64,000 nucleotides of DNA, taken from an uncultured virus (IMG/VR IMGVR_UViG_3300009786_004548) (lineage: Duplodnaviria > Heunggongvirae > Uroviricota > Caudoviricetes). The stretch lies in the IMG/VR virus record IMGVR_UViG_3300009786_004548. The stretch is one strand, 5' to 3'. The translations under genes were made by a program, and so were the position numbers. The first letter of the stretch is position 1; each line of letters begins with the position of its first letter. The notes beneath the pieces are model-generated. The model saw nothing but the letters and a program-made list of their open reading frames with translations, had not been told where the DNA came from and did no database searches. Of the stretch, positions 59,141 through 64,000 are shown in pieces.

Positions 59141-59621
59141 AAAAATCAGTGTAATTAATGCTAGACTCTACATCATTTTGTCTTTGTTTCACTTCATCAA
59201 TTATTTCTTGCGGAACTTGCGGGGACTCAAACCCATGTTGCCTATTCATTAAATAACTAATCACAGCTTCTTTAAAAAGCTTAATCTCTTCTTCAGAAGA
59301 AAAAAAAGACTCATCAGTAACTTTTAGTGTACTAGTAGAATAATCCATATAAGCAAATACTGTAAAATCCACACCATCCTTTTCACACTCAATAAATAAA
59401 GGTATTACATTATCCACCTTTTTAATTTTTAAATCTCCAGGACGAACTATGGGCTTACTAGACTCGCCCAAATGCACCTCGCTGGAATATCTAAAAGCAT
59501 TTTTCCAAACATCTTCCTTACTATCAACATCTTCCTTACTATCAACATCTTCCTTACTATCAACATCTTCCTTACTATCAACATCTTCCTTACTATCAAC
59601 TTTTTTTTCTTTATTGTCCAT
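59109..59621 (-). CDS. Acidic hypothetical protein with VDSKED repeats
   Basis: 170-aa ORF. Confidence 0.7.
   Translation of the reverse strand: MDNKEKKVDSKEDVDSKEDVDSKEDVDSKEDVDSKEDVWKNAFRYSSEVHLGESSKPIVRPGDLKIKKVDNVIPLFIECEKDGVDFTVFAYMDYSTSTLKVTDESFFSSEEEIKLFKEAVISYLMNRQHGFESPQVPQEIIDEVKQRQNDVESSINYTDFFGSEKDGGSK
59509..59600. repeat. 18-bp perfect tandem repeat x5
   Basis: acatcttccttactatca. Confidence 0.95.
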
Positions 59622-59665
59622 GAAACCATAAATATGTTAGTGTTTAATTATAAGTTAGTAGAGTA

Positions 59666-60052
59666 ATGAAACTAAATTTCAAAGAATTCATTAATGAAAC
59701 AAATGTCCCTGGCGCATCTTTGTCAGGAGGGGCATTCGTTTCTAGCGATATGTCAGGAAGTGAACAAAGCAGTACTTTTTCCATGACAGGGAGACCTCTG
59801 CACCTCCCCAGTACAGACTTAGTATTGCCATCTGTCGTAAAAACAAGTGAAATAATAATCATCCAAGAAAAAAAGACCCCAATATCTATAAAACTAAAAG
59901 ACGGCACACAACTTTATTTATCTTGGGATGAATTCAAAAAAATTAAAGGAAGAACACCGCAAACGGGAAGAATTATGAACGTAATATTCCAAAGAAGACC
60001 TGATGATCTAACAGATTCATTATCTAAAATAATTGATATCACTGTCCTTTAA
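59666..60052 (+). CDS. Hypothetical protein with capsid-targeting-like N-terminus
   Basis: Begins MKLNFKEFINE. Confidence 0.72.
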   Translation: MKLNFKEFINETNVPGASLSGGAFVSSDMSGSEQSSTFSMTGRPLHLPSTDLVLPSVVKTSEIIIIQEKKTPISIKLKDGTQLYLSWDEFKKIKGRTPQTGRIMNVIFQRRPDDLTDSLSKIIDITVL

Positions 60053-60062
60053 GGATAAGTTT

Positions 60063-60668
60063 ATGAACTTTTATAATCTAAATCAAATCATTGAGCAAAG
60101 CAAAGTGTCGGAGCAAGCCGACATTCGTCGAGCAACGACAAGGCCAGCAGTCACAGCAGCGAAGCCAGTGGTGAAGCCAGCAGTGCCAGGAGCGAAGCCA
60201 GCAGTGCCAGGAGCGAAGCCAGCAGTGCCAGGAGCGAAGCCAGCAGTGCCAGCCAAAACAATTGGACTAGATGAAAATCCTGACCTATCAAAAGACCCAA
60301 ATGGTTTTAAAACATCAAAGAAACCAATTCCATTAAATTTTAGAACAGCAGAAGCGGACGCAACAATTCAGACAAAAGAAGGGCCTGTTAATTCAAAAGT
60401 TGGAGACGCCATCATGACAGGTACGGAAGGCGAACAATGGCCAATTCCTGCCGATAGATTTAAACAAACTTACGATGTTTTAAAAACAGGAATCGCTGCG
60501 AAGAAAAACATTCCTGTTTTTGCAAAAATAATGAATGAGCCATTCCAAGTTAAAGTTTCTTGGTCAAATAACTTATTGCAAGGTAAAATCAATGACGTTC
60601 TAGTTCAATATGGCGTTGGAGACTACGGAGTTGTTGGCAACGCCATATTTAAAAAAACCTACCATTAA
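60063..60668 (+). CDS. PGDYG-like domain protein with AKPAVPG linker
   Basis: QTKEG, GDAIMTGTEGEQWPI, YGVGDYGVV; AAGGA RBS before ATG 60063. Confidence 0.72.
   Translation: MNFYNLNQIIEQSKVSEQADIRRATTRPAVTAAKPVVKPAVPGAKPAVPGAKPAVPGAKPAVPAKTIGLDENPDLSKDPNGFKTSKKPIPLNFRTAEADATIQTKEGPVNSKVGDAIMTGTEGEQWPIPADRFKQTYDVLKTGIAAKKNIPVFAKIMNEPFQVKVSWSNNLLQGKINDVLVQYGVGDYGVVGNAIFKKTYH
60173..60252. repeat. 21-bp tandem repeat, about 3.8 copies
   Basis: gaagccagcagtgccaggagc. Confidence 0.95.
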
Positions 60669-60877
60669 TCATCAGTCCCTTCTTTGATTCTAATTACATC
60701 AACTTTATCAGGATCAAGTCCTGGGCCATAAGGAGATGGAGAATAACTTCGTTTGATCTCTTCAATCGTCCCTCTAACAGCATCTGATTGGATTTTATCT
60801 ACAAGTCTTGGATAAAGTAATACTCCTGATATCAGCACCAAGTACAGAAAAACAACGCTCAATTTTAAAATCTTCAT
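60665..60877 (-). CDS. Small membrane protein
   Basis: N-terminal TM helix. Confidence 0.6.
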   Translation of the reverse strand: MKILKLSVVFLYLVLISGVLLYPRLVDKIQSDAVRGTIEEIKRSYSPSPYGPGLDPDKVDVIRIKEGTDD

Positions 60878-60888
60878 TTTTTTACCTT

Positions 60889-61836
60889 TTATTCTAATTT
60901 AGAAAGTTCAATCAAAATCTTCTCATACTTTTCATTTATTTTTTTAGGAACCTCCAAAACAACGTCTACTATAAGATCTCCCACTCCCCCATGACGAGCA
61001 TCAGGAAAACCAAGACCCTTGAGTCTAAATTTAGTTCTATTCGCAGTCCCGGCAGGAACATTGATGGACACCTTTCCGCTATTCAATGTGGGGATTTCTA
61101 ATTTGTCTCCTAATACCAATTGAGTGTAAGAAACAGGTACATCCAAAATCAAATTCTTATTATCTCTAAAAAAAATAGGATGATTTTCTACATTAACAGT
61201 TAAATAGAGATCGCCATTTGTTTCTTTCCCAATATTTCCTTGACCCTTAACCTTAAGTTTAGACCCTTCCAGAATTCCTTTAGGGATACTGACACTAATT
61301 GAGCGATCATCTAATAAAAATTCACCTTTAGAGTCGCATTTAGAACAAACCCCTTTTCTCATAACCCCTACGCCCACACAATCAGGGCAAGTAACCTGCA
61401 TTAAAAATGGCGGATTCGATACCTGTACCAGCCCTTTTCCTTTGCAAGAAAAACACGCCAAACATTCCTCCGCACCATGTCCGTTACACTTATCACAAAA
61501 ATTTGCTCTCTTATAAGTTACTTCTTTTTTACATCCAAAAAAAACATCATTTAAAGAAATGGTGATTTCAGAAGAAACATCTCTACCACGAACACTAATA
61601 TCACTCCACGAAGAATAAAAGGGATTCCCAACATGGGAACCCCTTTTATCATATTTCAACCGCCTGTCCGGGTCGCCCAAAACATGATGCGCTTCATTTA
61701 CTTGCTTGAATTGATCAACAGCATCAAAATCTTTATTTGTATCAGGATGATACTTTCTTGCTAACGTGCGATACGCAGACTTGATTTCATCAAAAGTTGC
61801 TTCTTTTGAAACCCCAAGAACTTCATAATGATCCAT
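60889..61836 (-). CDS. dnaJ: DnaJ co-chaperone
   Basis: J domain with HPD, four CxxC zinc repeats, C-terminal domain. Confidence 0.93.
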   Translation of the reverse strand: MDHYEVLGVSKEATFDEIKSAYRTLARKYHPDTNKDFDAVDQFKQVNEAHHVLGDPDRRLKYDKRGSHVGNPFYSSWSDISVRGRDVSSEITISLNDVFFGCKKEVTYKRANFCDKCNGHGAEECLACFSCKGKGLVQVSNPPFLMQVTCPDCVGVGVMRKGVCSKCDSKGEFLLDDRSISVSIPKGILEGSKLKVKGQGNIGKETNGDLYLTVNVENHPIFFRDNKNLILDVPVSYTQLVLGDKLEIPTLNSGKVSINVPAGTANRTKFRLKGLGFPDARHGGVGDLIVDVVLEVPKKINEKYEKILIELSKLE

Positions 61837-62183
61837 TATTCTTCAATAATAGCCTTAATGTTCTCAGGCTGCACAATGCCTTTAGGACGATGACTATCAT
61901 CATACTCAGGAAGAGGCACAAAAGTTCCCTGCAAGAGGACACGATCACCAACCTTCATGCCAAAGTCTTTACCTTCAACATGTGGCCCCATATGCAAAAT
62001 GTACGCCTGAGGAGCGCCCAGTTGCACATCGTCTTGAACAACCAAAGATGTTCCTAACGCCTCTTGCGCCGTAAGCATCTCCACTAAAACGCCTCTCCCC
62101 GTTGGTACAATATTCTTAATTGAAGGAACGTTACTCAACACATTGCCTTCAGCATCCGTCAGATTACTCATTTTATTCTCCAT
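61836..62183 (-). CDS. GroES-like co-chaperonin
   Basis: P.G..VLVE, GP, KVGDRVL, I.AII. Confidence 0.7.
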   Translation of the reverse strand: MENKMSNLTDAEGNVLSNVPSIKNIVPTGRGVLVEMLTAQEALGTSLVVQDDVQLGAPQAYILHMGPHVEGKDFGMKVGDRVLLQGTFVPLPEYDDSHRPKGIVQPENIKAIIEE

Positions 62184-62614
62184 TGATTGTTTAAGTTGTT
62201 AATTCCGTCAGAATGAAACTCTTCCCAAGAAGACTGCGGTTTCATAGTATCAGTCTTAGTATCAGTCCAGAACGTATCCGTAGGCCAAGAACCTGCTATG
62301 GCGGTAAACTGATTAATGTCTTTCGCATCCATTCGAATGTCATTACTTCTATAATCCACATCTTCAAAATTAAGTAACATTTGTGGATTATTAAAATATT
62401 CAGTTGTTATCGAAGTCGTCTCGTAAATTCTAGTTTCACCGTCCTCGATGACATTTGATTTTATAGAAACCTCTGGTTCTTTGCAATGCTCTTTTAATAT
62501 GTCGGAAATAAAAGATTCTTTAAGTTCCAACGAGCCACTCCACCCCTCTTCATAAACCTTGTCAAGAATATCCACTAAATCCTTCTCTTCAAAATAATAA
62601 AATTTATTAGGCAT
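62168..62614 (-). CDS. Hypothetical protein
   Basis: Likely start MPNKF. Confidence 0.6.
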   Translation of the reverse strand: MPNKFYYFEEKDLVDILDKVYEEGWSGSLELKESFISDILKEHCKEPEVSIKSNVIEDGETRIYETTSITTEYFNNPQMLLNFEDVDYRSNDIRMDAKDINQFTAIAGSWPTDTFWTDTKTDTMKPQSSWEEFHSDGINNLNNQWRIK

Positions 62615-62616
62615 AA

Positions 62617-63549
62617 CTAATCTCTTTCTGAAACTGCACGGCCAATCAAGTTTTCCCAATCCTTTTCAGGACGTACTTCTAAATTAGTTAACCATGCGCC
62701 ATAAAGTGTGTTGCATTTTACATCAAGTTCATATGCCTTAGACAATAAGGCATTTAAATCTTTCGGAAAACAAGACCCCCCAAAACCCATTTTTCCATCA
62801 GGACCAGGCACAGACCAATGAGAGCTACCCAATCTTTTATCTTTGACTGCATATTCTACTACCTTGTCATAATCTACATCCAAAGAATCACAAACTTGCT
62901 TAATTTCATTAGCAAAAGAAACCTTAGTTGCTAAAAAACAATTTGTAGTATATTTGACTAGCTCTGCTATTGTGGAACTAGTCTTGGTCACCGGAACATT
63001 GGGATAAGCAGTTGCATACAATTGCTTTATGACTTTTGTTGCCTTCCTAGGCCCACCGACAATGATTCTATCCTGTGATTTAAAATCTTCTAACGCTGTT
63101 TTTTCAACTAGGAACTCTGGGTTGTAACAAACATAAACATTTTTATATTTTTTATTAAACGCCTCGGTCGTGCCTGGAATGACCGTAGATTTAATTACAA
63201 CAACAATTTTCTTGCCAACAGACTCGCCAAGGCTATCTAACTCAGAAACAACAGATTCAACAATGCTTAAGTCACAAGTAGCATCCTTCTTCATAGGAGT
63301 TGGTACCGCAACGAAAATTGGCCCATCAACATCTTCAACGATTTTCTTTATAGGGTTTTTATCTTTAGTTGGACACGAATAAGATTCAACATCTTCTTCA
63401 TAATGAACAACAGTCTGTTTTTTTGGCCAAACCCTTACAGTAGGATCAGGATATTTTTTATCATAAGTCACTACATCAAAAGCATGCACCAATCCATCAC
63501 GAATCGCCGTGCCAACAAATCCTTGCCCAATTATACCAATATTTTTCAT
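62617..63549 (-). CDS. UDP-glucose/GDP-mannose dehydrogenase family, short form
   Basis: GQGFVG, VPTP, KST, NPEFL, GFGGSCFPKD. Confidence 0.92.
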   Translation of the reverse strand: MKNIGIIGQGFVGTAIRDGLVHAFDVVTYDKKYPDPTVRVWPKKQTVVHYEEDVESYSCPTKDKNPIKKIVEDVDGPIFVAVPTPMKKDATCDLSIVESVVSELDSLGESVGKKIVVVIKSTVIPGTTEAFNKKYKNVYVCYNPEFLVEKTALEDFKSQDRIIVGGPRKATKVIKQLYATAYPNVPVTKTSSTIAELVKYTTNCFLATKVSFANEIKQVCDSLDVDYDKVVEYAVKDKRLGSSHWSVPGPDGKMGFGGSCFPKDLNALLSKAYELDVKCNTLYGAWLTNLEVRPEKDWENLIGRAVSERD

Positions 63550-63998
63550 TAGCTTTTCATCCCCTGTGCCCACTCAACTTCTTTTTCATAGTTAGTAGTA
63601 ACAGATATTTCTTCTGTGACCGCCTGATATGTACCTGCGGCAGACTTCCAGCCATTGCCGCTTTTTCCAATACCTCCAAACGGCAAATGACTCTCTGCGG
63701 CAATGCTACCACCATTGATGTACAACATGCCAGTATTACATTCTTCCTCAAGAATGCGATGTTTTCTAAAATCGTCGGTGACAGCCCCCAAAGCCAATCC
63801 ATATGGGGTGTCATTATAAATTTTAATGGCATCATTCAAATCATCAAAAGGAACCAACGCCACATGAGGCCCAAACACCTCTTCTTTCAAATAAGATCTT
63901 GTGCACGCCTTGCATCCTAATTCATCAACATCATTCCACCATTCTGCTTGATAAACGAATGGCGACAAGAAATTACCATCGGATGTTTGAAAGTGACC
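63549..63998 (-). CDS. Aldehyde dehydrogenase, 5' end beyond window
   Basis: EEVFGP, N.TPYGL, PFGG.GKSG; frame open to the edge. Confidence 0.92.
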   Translation of the reverse strand, partial: GHFQTSDGNFLSPFVYQAEWWNDVDELGCKACTRSYLKEEVFGPHVALVPFDDLNDAIKIYNDTPYGLALGAVTDDFRKHRILEEECNTGMLYINGGSIAAESHLPFGGIGKSGNGWKSAAGTYQAVTEEISVTTNYEKEVEWAQGMKS

Positions 63999-64000
63999 GT

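Noticed and set aside
59509..60252. CRISPR array
   Set aside because: Repeats are contiguous, in-frame and lack spacers; no cas genes
1..64000. Genome-wide stop-codon reassignment
   Set aside because: Conserved genes are intact in code 11 and end in TGA, TAG or TAA; only one TGA interrupts a catalytic motif
1..64000. Cellular chromosome
   Set aside because: Housekeeping genes lack their usual operon partners (infC without rpmI/rplT, clpX without clpP) amid many short orphans; not fully excluded without hallmark virion genes

Overview
Gene-dense, AT-rich, mostly minus-strand segment that reads as part of a jumbo/huge tailed-phage genome. This is inferred, because no capsid or terminase gene lies in the window. 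The host-like genes resemble those of Planctomycetota (inference). The window holds host-takeover genes (infC, csrA, clpX, dnaJ, a GroES-like protein, two truncated sigma factors, phoH, tRNA-Glu), metabolic genes (type II GAPDH, class I aldolase, prs, guaC, aldehyde dehydrogenase), about six glycosyltransferases with nucleotide-sugar enzymes, and a 1217-aa structural protein. Highlights: (1) a PDZ-redoxin split by an in-frame TGA in a UGPC motif with a SECIS-like hairpin, i.e. a probable phage selenoprotein; (2) a family of enzymes sharing a T4-like capsid-targeting N-terminus, several placed for leaderless expression from an ATAnATA-N5-ATG motif, next to an IF-3 with a non-canonical ATC start; (3) a seven-copy TTTACA-N15-G-TAnnnT promoter that precedes both sigma+CAP modules; (4) nested (AAABBB) domain repeats in the structural protein. 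All calls come from reading motifs by eye; no searches were run.
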